From: Myxococcales bacterium
Lineage (GTDB): Bacteria > Myxococcota_A > UBA9042
DNA: 64,000 bases
Direction: 5' to 3'
NCBI GenBank assembly: GCA_037441385.1
Contig: JBBISH010000004.1
Coordinates: 1-64,000 of the forward strand
Part shown: positions 56,197-64,000 of the stretch, piece after piece
How positions within the stretch are numbered: position 1 is the stretch's first letter
Layout: each line of letters begins with the position of its first letter
Program-made: the position numbers and the translations under genes
Notes under the pieces: model-generated
What the model was told of the DNA's origin: nothing
Databases searched by the model: none
Seen by the model: only the letters and a program-made list of their open reading frames with translations

Positions 56197-56760
56197 CTAC
56201 AGGGCCCCGCGCATGCGCCTGGCCACGCGCACCAATTCTTTGCCCTGCGTCTCCAGGGTAGTCCTCAGGGCGGCGTCGAGCGGTTGCCCTTGCGCGTCAA
56301 AGGCTTGCCAAGCGCGTTCCACCGGCGCCACCAAGGGCAACGTCAGTCCGCGCAGCGAGCGGACCATCGGCTCCATCGCGTTGATGCCCTGCATGGCCTG
56401 CACGCCGCCCGCACAGCAGCCGAGGGCGATGACTTTGTCGGTCAGGTAGGCCGACGGGGCCGTTCGGAGCAATTCGAGCCAATCGATCGCGTTCTTGAAC
56501 AAGCCGCTGACTGAACCGTGGTACAGGGGCGTGATCCACACCATCGCGTCGGCTGCGCCAGCGGCCTCGACCCAACGCAATACATCGGGCGTTGGCGTCA
56601 GGCGATGTTCGTACAGAGGGATGTCCAGGGCGCCAAGGTCAAACACCTGAGTCTCGGCCCCCGCCTCGCGTGCCGCCGCCAAGACCAAATCCAGGGCGGT
56701 TCGCGTGGACTTACCGCCGTCTTTTGCGCCGGCCAGGCCGACAATTCGCACCCCCTGCAT
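56197..56760 (-). CDS. NADPH-dependent FMN reductase (SsuE-like)
   Basis: TPLYHGSVSGLFKNAIDW; flavodoxin-like N-terminus. Confidence 0.9.
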   Translation of the reverse strand: MQGVRIVGLAGAKDGGKSTRTALDLVLAAAREAGAETQVFDLGALDIPLYEHRLTPTPDVLRWVEAAGAADAMVWITPLYHGSVSGLFKNAIDWLELLRTAPSAYLTDKVIALGCCAGGVQAMQGINAMEPMVRSLRGLTLPLVAPVERAWQAFDAQGQPLDAALRTTLETQGKELVRVARRMRGAL

Positions 56761-56932
56761 CGCCAGGCCCCCACAGCTACCCAAGCGGGCAGCGCGGCGG
56801 CAAATCTAGCGAGTCGCGGCGGTGGCGACAAGCGAGGCAGACGGTTCGCCAAGGGTTGGCGCGAGCTTGGCGATACTGCGGGCCTATGTCACACTCGCAG
56901 CATTGCCTGCCCCGACAGGACTTGGAGGCCCC

Positions 56933-58156
56933 GTGCACGTCATCCTCATTGCCCCGCACTTCCCAGCAAATCAACGGCAATTCGCCAGGGCTCTGCGGCA
57001 AGTCGGCGCCTACGTGACCGGCATCGGCGAGTGGCCGGTCAGCAGCCTGGGCGACGACCTGCGCGGCTGGCTGGATGCCTACGAACAGGTGGGCAACGTG
57101 TGCAACGACGACATGCTGCTCGCGGCCGTACGCAAGATTCAGCAGCGCGGTCCTTGGGTTCACCGGCTAGAGGCCACGGTCGAGTCGCACATCCTGGCGG
57201 CGGCGCGCGTGCGCGAGCTGACCGGCATCCCGGGCCTGTCGGTGCGCAACGCCATCTTGTGCCGCGACAAGCCGACGATGAAAGAGTTCTTGCGCGACAA
57301 CGGTGTGGCGTGCGCGCAGTCGACCGGCGCGGACTCGGTGGATGAGGCTGTGGCCTTTGCCAACCGCGTGGGCTACCCGCTGATCTTGAAGCCGCGCGCC
57401 GGAGCTGGCGCCTCGGGGACCAGCAAGGTGGGTAACGAGGCGCAACTGCGCGCCGCGTGTCAGGAATTCAACCTGGGCCACGGCGGCTCGTGCGCGGTGG
57501 AAGAGTTCATCGAGGGCCACGAGGGCTTCTATGACACGCTGTCGATCGACAGCAAGCCGGCGCTCGAATTCGTCACACACTACTTCCCCGGCGTGCTCGA
57601 GTCGATGCGCGAGCGCTGGATCACCCCGTACTTCATCACTACCAACCGCTTGAACGCGCCCGGCTACGACGAGGTCAAGCAGATGGGCCGCCGCGTCGTT
57701 GCCGCGATGGATTTGGGGACCACACCCACGCACATGGAGTGGTTCTACGGCCCCAAGGGCTTGAAGTTCAGCGAGATTGGCGCACGGCCGCCGGGCGTGG
57801 GCACCTGGGATCTATACTGCGCCGCCAACGGCTTTGACCTGTACCGGCAGTGGGCGATGGCGGTGGTGCACGGCCGCCTGGACCAGCAGCCGTCGCGGCA
57901 GTTCTCGGCGGCGATGATCTCGCTCCGTCCCGACAAAGACGGCATCATCGCGGGTTACAGCGGCTTTGACCAAGTGCAGCGCGAGGTGGGGCACTGCTTG
58001 ATCGATGCGCACCTGCCGCCGCCCGGAACACCGACCCAGCCGGTCGAGGCCGGCTATATGGCCAACGCGTGGGTGCGGTTGAAGCACCCCGACTACGACG
58101 CGCTGCGCCAGATCTGCGAGTGGATCGGCCGGACGGTGCACGTGTACGCGCGCTAG
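56933..58156 (+). CDS. ATP-grasp domain protein 1
   Basis: APHFP; RDKPTMK; GYPLILKP..GAG; EEFIEG; HMEWF; FSEIGARPPG. GGAGG before the GTG. Confidence 0.9.
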   Translation: MHVILIAPHFPANQRQFARALRQVGAYVTGIGEWPVSSLGDDLRGWLDAYEQVGNVCNDDMLLAAVRKIQQRGPWVHRLEATVESHILAAARVRELTGIPGLSVRNAILCRDKPTMKEFLRDNGVACAQSTGADSVDEAVAFANRVGYPLILKPRAGAGASGTSKVGNEAQLRAACQEFNLGHGGSCAVEEFIEGHEGFYDTLSIDSKPALEFVTHYFPGVLESMRERWITPYFITTNRLNAPGYDEVKQMGRRVVAAMDLGTTPTHMEWFYGPKGLKFSEIGARPPGVGTWDLYCAANGFDLYRQWAMAVVHGRLDQQPSRQFSAAMISLRPDKDGIIAGYSGFDQVQREVGHCLIDAHLPPPGTPTQPVEAGYMANAWVRLKHPDYDALRQICEWIGRTVHVYAR

Positions 58157-58201
58157 CCGGCCCCAGCCCACGATCCCCTTCCAAGTCAGCGAGGTGCGCG
58201 C

Positions 58202-59419
58202 ATGCGCGTGGTGTTTCTGTCGCCGAACTACCCACCCGAGATGCCCGAGTTTACCCGCGGCCTGGCCGAAGTGGGCGCCGAGGTGTGGGGCCTGGGCCAC
58301 GACCCGGTCGAGTCGCTGCACCCGCAGGTGCGCCGCTATCTGAGCGGCTACATTCGGGTTCCCAACCTGCTGGACCTTGAAAACGCCGTGCGCCATGCGG
58401 TGCCGCAGCTCGAGCGGTTGCGCCCGGACCGCATCGAGTGCTTGTGGGAAGTAGGCGTTGAGTTGGCGGCGCGGTTGCGGCAAGAGCTGGACGTGTGGGG
58501 CCAAAGGCCAGACGACGCCAAGGCTTTCCGCGACAAGGACACGATGAAGCTGCGGCTGGAGGCGGCGGGGCTGCGTGTGCCCAAACACGCGCGCGTTCGC
58601 AGCGCGACGGAGGTCCGCGCGGCCGCCGAGCGGATCGGCTACCCGCTGATCCTCAAGCCAATCGACGGCGCCGGCACCCGCGATACGCACCGCGTGGACA
58701 ATGCCACCGAGCTGGAGTCGGTGCTGCGCCAAGTGGCCCACGTGCCCGAGATGAGCTTGGAAGAGTTCATCGACGGCGAGGAATTTACCTACGACACGGT
58801 GTGCATCGGCGGCGAGGTGGCGTTCGACTCGATCGCCCAGTACCACCCGCGGCCGCTGATCTCGCGCAGCACCGAGTGGATCAGTCCGGCGCAGATCGTG
58901 TTTGCAAATCCGCATGTTCCGCAGTTGGAGGCGGGGGTCAAGTTTGGCCGCGACGTGCTCAAGGCCATGGGCATGGGCACCGGCTTTACCCACATGGAGT
59001 GGTACCGCACCAGCAAGGGCGAGATCGTTTTTGGCGAGATTGCCGCGCGCGCCCCCGGCGGTCGGCTCGTAGACCAGATGAACTATGCCAACGACTTCGA
59101 CGTGTACCGCGAGTGGGCGCGCGCCGTTTGCTGGGGCAGCTTTGAGGCCAAGGCTCAGCGCCGCTATCACGTGGCCTGCGTCTTCAAGCGCGCCCAGGGC
59201 GAGGGTCGGATTGCGGCCGTCCGCGGGTTGCAGGCGGCGCGTCAGCAGTTGGGCAACTACTTGGTGGTCGAGGACTTGCTGCCCATCGGCGCCCATCGTC
59301 GCGACTGGAAGCAGACCCTGCTGTCAGACGGTTGCCTGATCGCCCGCCACCCGGACTACGACACGGCGCAGCGCATGATGAAGCTGCTGGTCGAGCAAGT
59401 GCACCTGTACGCGCGCTAG
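58202..59419 (+). CDS. ATP-grasp domain protein 2 (paralog)
   Basis: SPNYP; RDKDTMK; GYPLILKP.DGAG; EEFIDG; HMEWY; FGEIAARAPG. Confidence 0.9.
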   Translation: MRVVFLSPNYPPEMPEFTRGLAEVGAEVWGLGHDPVESLHPQVRRYLSGYIRVPNLLDLENAVRHAVPQLERLRPDRIECLWEVGVELAARLRQELDVWGQRPDDAKAFRDKDTMKLRLEAAGLRVPKHARVRSATEVRAAAERIGYPLILKPIDGAGTRDTHRVDNATELESVLRQVAHVPEMSLEEFIDGEEFTYDTVCIGGEVAFDSIAQYHPRPLISRSTEWISPAQIVFANPHVPQLEAGVKFGRDVLKAMGMGTGFTHMEWYRTSKGEIVFGEIAARAPGGRLVDQMNYANDFDVYREWARAVCWGSFEAKAQRRYHVACVFKRAQGEGRIAAVRGLQAARQQLGNYLVVEDLLPIGAHRRDWKQTLLSDGCLIARHPDYDTAQRMMKLLVEQVHLYAR

Positions 59420-59434
59420 CCATGGGAGCCGGAC

Positions 59435-59941
59435 GTGACGCCGGAATTCGCCGAATACCAAGCTGTTCTGGCCAAGGTCGACGCCAAGTTCGCGGAGATC
59501 GTGGGCCTGCGCCCCGCCCACTACGCCTGTACGGCCGGTTGCCACAGCTGCTGCCTGCCCGACCTGAGTGTGGCACGGATCGAGGCCGCGCATATCCGCG
59601 CCTGGCTTGCGGAAAACCCAGAGGCCTTGGCTCGGGTCCGGGCCGCGCTGGCCGAGCGCCCCCACGGCCACACGCGCTGCGCCCTACTTGATACATCGGG
59701 TCAGTGCACCATCTACCCGGTGCGGCCCATGCTGTGTCGCGCCCACGGCGTGCCGGTGCGCGTGCGCGAAGGCGAGCGGCTGGACGTGTGCCCCAAGAAC
59801 TTGGTGAATGTGCCGCTCGAGTCGCTGGCGGCCGGAGAATGCATCGACCAGAACCTGTTGGCCACGCTCCTGTTCGTGGTCGGTCGCCGCCGCGATCCCG
59901 GCGACGACGGCAGTCGCATTCCGTTGGCCGAGCTGGTCTAG
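59435..59941 (+). CDS. YkgJ-family cysteine-cluster protein
   Basis: CTAGCHSCC; CALL...G.CTIYPVRPMLCR. Confidence 0.88.
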   Translation: MTPEFAEYQAVLAKVDAKFAEIVGLRPAHYACTAGCHSCCLPDLSVARIEAAHIRAWLAENPEALARVRAALAERPHGHTRCALLDTSGQCTIYPVRPMLCRAHGVPVRVREGERLDVCPKNLVNVPLESLAAGECIDQNLLATLLFVVGRRRDPGDDGSRIPLAELV

Positions 59942-59944
59942 TCG

Positions 59945-61831
59945 ATGCCGGAGCCGCACGCAGCGCTGGTCCAGCCGGCTGACCCAGGCAAACCGCAGTG
60001 GCGGCGCCTGTTTTGGCTGCCGGCATGCGCGGCCGCAGTCGCCCTGTACGCGGGCACGCTGCGGTACGACCTGGTGGCCGATGCGCGCTTCCTGATACGC
60101 GACAACCTGTTCCTGCGCCATTGGAGCGACCTGTGGCCCAACGTAAGCCATGATTACTTTTGGTCCTCGTCGGGCAATACCCTGCCCTATTGGCGGCCGC
60201 TGACCAAGGCCAGCTGGCTGGTGGAGTACCTGGCAGCCGGCGGCCAGGCCTGGATGTTCCACGCCGTGCAAGTCGGCTGGTTCGCAGCGCTTTGTGGCGG
60301 TGCAGCCGTCCTGGCGCAGCGGCTGGGTGCGCGGCCGATTTGGGCGGCCTTGGCCGGCGTGGCCGTGGCGCTGCATCCCGTAGCGCAAGAGCCGGTGGCG
60401 CTGGTGATGGCCCGCTCGGATGTGGCGGCGGCTGCGGCAGCCGTGTGGGCGCTGGCTCTGCAAGTTGGCTCGCAGCCTGGCGATCGCGGCGCCCGCTGGG
60501 GCAGCCTGGCCTGCCTGGCGGCGGCGCTGGCCAGCAAAGAGGCCGGGGTAGCGCTGCTGCCGGCGCTGGCGACCCTGGCTTGGCTGCGTGCGCCGCGGCC
60601 GGTGGCCTGGACCGCTCTGGGCCGCGAACTGGCGCCGCATACGCTGATCACAGGAGCCTACCTGCTGGCGCGGCACGCGGTCTTGAGCCCAACGGCTCCG
60701 GCGCCCCTGGCCCTGGATCCGCTGCGCTGGGTGGCCGGGTTGGGGCGCTACGCCCAGAGCGCCTTGCCGGGCCTGCTGGAAAGCGGCGTGACCAACTTGC
60801 CGCGGGCCTACGCCGCTGACTGGAGCCAGTGGCTGCCGGGTGCGGCGGCCGCGCTGGCGCTCGCCACGCTGGTGGGCATCGGGCTGTGGCGCCGGGCGGC
60901 ATGGACGGTGTTGCCGGTGCTGGCCATGGCCTCGTTGGCGCCGGTCTTGTTGGTCGAGCAGCTCAACGTGCCGGGCGTGGCAGGCAAGATTCCGTTGGCG
61001 GATCGCTGGCTTCTGCCGGCCATGATCACGGCCCAGGTGGGGGCGGCGCTGGCGGCGAGCCGATGGCACTGGCAGCGGGCGCAGCGCTTGACCCTGCTGG
61101 GCGTGGCGGCGTGGGTGGTGGTCCGCGCGGGTTTGGTGGCCGCCGAGCCGGCCTGGTACCAAAGCGAGGTAGCGCTTTTGGACCTGGAAGACCGCAACGA
61201 GGCGCTGATTCCCCAAGACTTCTGGACGCACGAGGACCTTTGCCGGCATCACATGCGCGCGGTCGTCCGGGCCGGTCAGACGGGCCATCCCGAGCAAGTC
61301 GAGCCAGCGGTGGCCGCGATGCCAGCCGATTGCCGCCACCATCCAGAGACGCAGTTCAACTTGTTGGCCGCGCAGGTGACGCTGGGGCGCTTTGCGGCCG
61401 CGGTCGAGACGGGCAGCGCCTTGCTGGCCCACCCGCCGGCCGATCGGCGCTTTGCCGGGCCGATGCGGGCGCTGTATGGGCGGGCGCTGGTGGAAATGGG
61501 CCGCGGCAGCGAGGCCGTGCAGCCGCTGCAGCAGGCGCTGGCGCTGGGGGCCGGTGGTTGCGACGTGGTGATGGCGCTGGGCCGGGCGCAGATCGACGCA
61601 GGTCAGCCGGCGGCCGGCGGCGATCGGCTGGCCGAGGCGGCGCGCTGTCTGGAGCAACAGGGCCAGCCAGCTGTGCCCTTGTGGCTTTTTGCGGCGCAGG
61701 CGCACCTGCAGGCCGGGCAACGCGACAAGGCTCGCGGCGAACTGGGGCGCGTCGATGGCCATTTGCGGTTGCCAAAGGCGTTGCGCGACGTGTATGACCA
61801 AGTTCAGCGGACGCTGGCGGCGCCGCCATGA
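59945..61831 (+). CDS. TMTC-like GT-C membrane glycosyltransferase with C-terminal TPR repeats
   Basis: YWRPL; LHPV.QEPV....ARSD; ASKE; ADRWL; TPR-like tail. Confidence 0.75.
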   Translation: MPEPHAALVQPADPGKPQWRRLFWLPACAAAVALYAGTLRYDLVADARFLIRDNLFLRHWSDLWPNVSHDYFWSSSGNTLPYWRPLTKASWLVEYLAAGGQAWMFHAVQVGWFAALCGGAAVLAQRLGARPIWAALAGVAVALHPVAQEPVALVMARSDVAAAAAAVWALALQVGSQPGDRGARWGSLACLAAALASKEAGVALLPALATLAWLRAPRPVAWTALGRELAPHTLITGAYLLARHAVLSPTAPAPLALDPLRWVAGLGRYAQSALPGLLESGVTNLPRAYAADWSQWLPGAAAALALATLVGIGLWRRAAWTVLPVLAMASLAPVLLVEQLNVPGVAGKIPLADRWLLPAMITAQVGAALAASRWHWQRAQRLTLLGVAAWVVVRAGLVAAEPAWYQSEVALLDLEDRNEALIPQDFWTHEDLCRHHMRAVVRAGQTGHPEQVEPAVAAMPADCRHHPETQFNLLAAQVTLGRFAAAVETGSALLAHPPADRRFAGPMRALYGRALVEMGRGSEAVQPLQQALALGAGGCDVVMALGRAQIDAGQPAAGGDRLAEAARCLEQQGQPAVPLWLFAAQAHLQAGQRDKARGELGRVDGHLRLPKALRDVYDQVQRTLAAPP

Positions 61832-62361
61832 CGAACGGAGGCGCAATGCAGCGCATGCGATGGGGAGCCTGGCTGACCCTTTGGGCCCTGGCCGGGTCGG
61901 CGTGCTCGTCGGCGTATACGCCGCGGCGCTCCGCGGCGCTCAAGCTCATGATGGAAAGTGGGCAACCGGTCTTGGCCAAGAACGGCATGTATGTGCCGAT
62001 GGGCATGTTCGGCAGCGGTTTGGTCGAGGCGGTGGCCGAGCACCCGCAGGCCCTGGAATATGCCGAGGCCTACCGCGATGGCACGGTCTGGGGGTTCGGC
62101 ACAGCCATCGCGGGCGCCGTGGTGATGGGTTTGAGCCCGCTGGCGCTGGCGACGGACGGCAATTCGTCGAACCGCGGACCCAGCGACCGCGCCGTGAACA
62201 CGACCCTGGCGGTCGCCGGAATCGGCCTGGTGGCCTACTGCGTGGGTCTGGCGATGGTGGTCGACGCGCAGCCCCACATGTTCGACGCCATCAACCGCTA
62301 CAACGACGCCGTGGAAGAGGGCTGGCGGCCCCCGGCGCCGGCGACGGCGGCGACCGAGTAG
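61828..62361 (+). CDS. Hypothetical lipoprotein / membrane protein
   Basis: Lipobox-like GSAC; two TM segments; DAINRYN. ATGA overlap with the upstream gene. Confidence 0.7.
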   Translation: MTNGGAMQRMRWGAWLTLWALAGSACSSAYTPRRSAALKLMMESGQPVLAKNGMYVPMGMFGSGLVEAVAEHPQALEYAEAYRDGTVWGFGTAIAGAVVMGLSPLALATDGNSSNRGPSDRAVNTTLAVAGIGLVAYCVGLAMVVDAQPHMFDAINRYNDAVEEGWRPPAPATAATE

Positions 62362-62416
62362 TTTGCCACCGCTGGGCGGCGCGCGTATCTTGTGGGCAGC
62401 GCGCACGCGCAAAGGC

Positions 62417-63973
62417 ATGGCCATGGTATCCTGGGCCCGTCGCATCCGCCGTTCCACGACTCCCCTGCAGCTGCTAGCGATCGCGGCCGTATTTGGCCTG
62501 AGTCCGGCCTGCGACTTGGGGGGCAGCGGCGCGGCTAGCTGTCCGCCGCAATTCGCCAGCACCACCGGCACGGTGGTCTACGTCAGCGCCGCTTGCGGGT
62601 CCGACACGGGCGACGGCACGCTGGGAGCACCCTTGCGCAGCATCGGCGCCGCCGTGGCCCGCGCCCAGACCGGCACCACCATCCTGCTGGCCGCCGGGAA
62701 CTACAGCGAAGACATCAAGTTGCCGGGGGGCGTCCACATGGTGGGCCAGGGGGCCGTGCGCATCACCCCCAACCTGGGCGGGCTGACGATCTGGGGCGAG
62801 GGGCAAAGCACGCTGTCTGGACTGACGATTCGCGGCGCCAAAGGCGACGGCATCCTGGTGCAGAATACGGCGGTGCGACTCGAGCGGGTCACCGTAGAGC
62901 AGACCTCCGCGACCGCCAGCGCGCCGGGCAACGGCGTCGCGGTAGAGGGGTCGCCCAGCGTGGAGCTGTCGGCCTGCCAGATCCGCGACAACGCCGGTTT
63001 TGGCGTTCGGGTGCAGGCTTCGGGCCCCACCAGCATCATCGACCCGCTGTTCCACGGCGATCCGCGCAGCGCGGGCGGCACCGGCGCGATCATCGATCCG
63101 CTGTTCATGCCGTCGAGCGTCATCGGTCACAACTTGCTGGGCGGAGTGGCCATCATCGACCCGCTGTTCGCCCCCAACCCCGTGGCGACCGACCTGCTGC
63201 TGCACGCGACGCTGGTGCACGACAACAGCCAATACGGCGTATTGTTGCAGGGAGCGAGCGGCAAGCTGGCGCACTCCGCCGTGGCCGGCACGCTGTTTGC
63301 GGGCGACGTGGCTGATGGCGTGTCCGTCCAGACGCGCGGCGACGGTCAGAGCGCGCCCAATCCTACACTCGCCATCGACAAGGGCTCGCTCGTCCTGGGA
63401 AGCGGCCGCGTGGGGGTCAACGTCGCCACCTACGCCAGCGCAACCATTGACGGCGAAGTCAGCCTGTCGGGCCGCGGCGGCGTGTGGGGCCTGGGCTACC
63501 AGACTACGATTACATTGAGCAAGACCGCGTCTTTCCTCAAGAACACCATGGTCGGCGTGGCGGTCACCAACGGCGCGCACTTGGTGTGCGAGGGCGCCCA
63601 CATCGCGGGCACCATGCCGCGCGCCGTCACGGCTGGCAGCAAGTCCGACACGATGGCCGACGGCATTGGCATCTACGGCGCAGCCCACGGCGCCATCAGC
63701 GGCGCGACGTTGGCGGACAATCCGCGCGCCGGCCTGGTCGCGAGCAAGTGCGGCATCAACAGCGAAGGCGAGCCCGACGTCAGCGTGACCGGCACTCAGA
63801 TCACCGGCAGCAAGTACGATGTGGTGATCCAGTGCCCGCCCATGAACCAGCGAGCGACGGGCGCGCCCAAGGATCCCTCTGCATCGGCCGATTTTGGCGA
63901 AGACGGCAACGGGCTGGTCGTGCCCAACTCGTTCTGCGACAACGGCTCGCTCGACCCCAGCTGCACCCAGTAG
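62417..63973 (+). CDS. Lipoprotein with a right-handed parallel beta-helix (DUF1565/pectin-lyase-like) domain
   Basis: Lipobox SPAC; VYVS....DTGDGT...PLRSIGAA...G.Y.E; repeated N...GV strands. Confidence 0.78.
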   Translation: MAMVSWARRIRRSTTPLQLLAIAAVFGLSPACDLGGSGAASCPPQFASTTGTVVYVSAACGSDTGDGTLGAPLRSIGAAVARAQTGTTILLAAGNYSEDIKLPGGVHMVGQGAVRITPNLGGLTIWGEGQSTLSGLTIRGAKGDGILVQNTAVRLERVTVEQTSATASAPGNGVAVEGSPSVELSACQIRDNAGFGVRVQASGPTSIIDPLFHGDPRSAGGTGAIIDPLFMPSSVIGHNLLGGVAIIDPLFAPNPVATDLLLHATLVHDNSQYGVLLQGASGKLAHSAVAGTLFAGDVADGVSVQTRGDGQSAPNPTLAIDKGSLVLGSGRVGVNVATYASATIDGEVSLSGRGGVWGLGYQTTITLSKTASFLKNTMVGVAVTNGAHLVCEGAHIAGTMPRAVTAGSKSDTMADGIGIYGAAHGAISGATLADNPRAGLVASKCGINSEGEPDVSVTGTQITGSKYDVVIQCPPMNQRATGAPKDPSASADFGEDGNGLVVPNSFCDNGSLDPSCTQ

Positions 63974-64000
63974 CCAGGGCCCGATCGTTCAATCCAGCCT

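Noticed and set aside
1..64000. tRNA, rRNA or stop-codon recoding (selenocysteine or pyrrolysine read-through)
   Set aside because: No cloverleaf or rRNA signature was recognised, and no gene appears interrupted by an in-frame stop.

Overview
This is a high-GC bacterial chromosomal segment with about 49 protein-coding genes. Cys-rich lipoproteins with CDDGNxCT repeats and a myxobacterial CGNG-x5-EECDDGN repeat suggest a Myxococcota or related deltaproteobacterial genome; that assignment is an inference. Ordinary content includes a truncated IS1634-type transposase, a TetR-TolC-MFP-RND efflux operon, topoisomerase III, hisH-hisF plus a HisA-HisI-HisE fusion, an rRNA pseudouridine synthase, ThiD, ferredoxin, Usp, an AidB-like acyl-CoA dehydrogenase, MscS, a GGDEF protein and others. 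No rRNA, tRNA or CRISPR array was recognised. The most interesting observations are: (1) three dispersed paralogous secreted fibre-like proteins with a shared N-terminal chassis (tail-fibre-like shaft repeats plus a P-domain) but unrelated C-terminal tips (collagen-IV NC1-like; fibrinogen-like plus EPN C-type-lectin-like; unknown); (2) a modular family of palindromic intergenic repeats, including a REPIN/MITE-like unit, two copies of which flank one fibre gene in inverted orientation; (3) a phoD-eutC-eutL-RNase Z-like operon with no eutB; (4) a HEAT-repeat protein fused to a catalytically dead alpha/beta hydrolase; (5) a tandem ATP-grasp/YkgJ/TMTC-like glycosyltransferase/lipoprotein operon; (6) strong dominance of TAG stop codons. 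All product calls come from motif recognition by eye, not from database searches.
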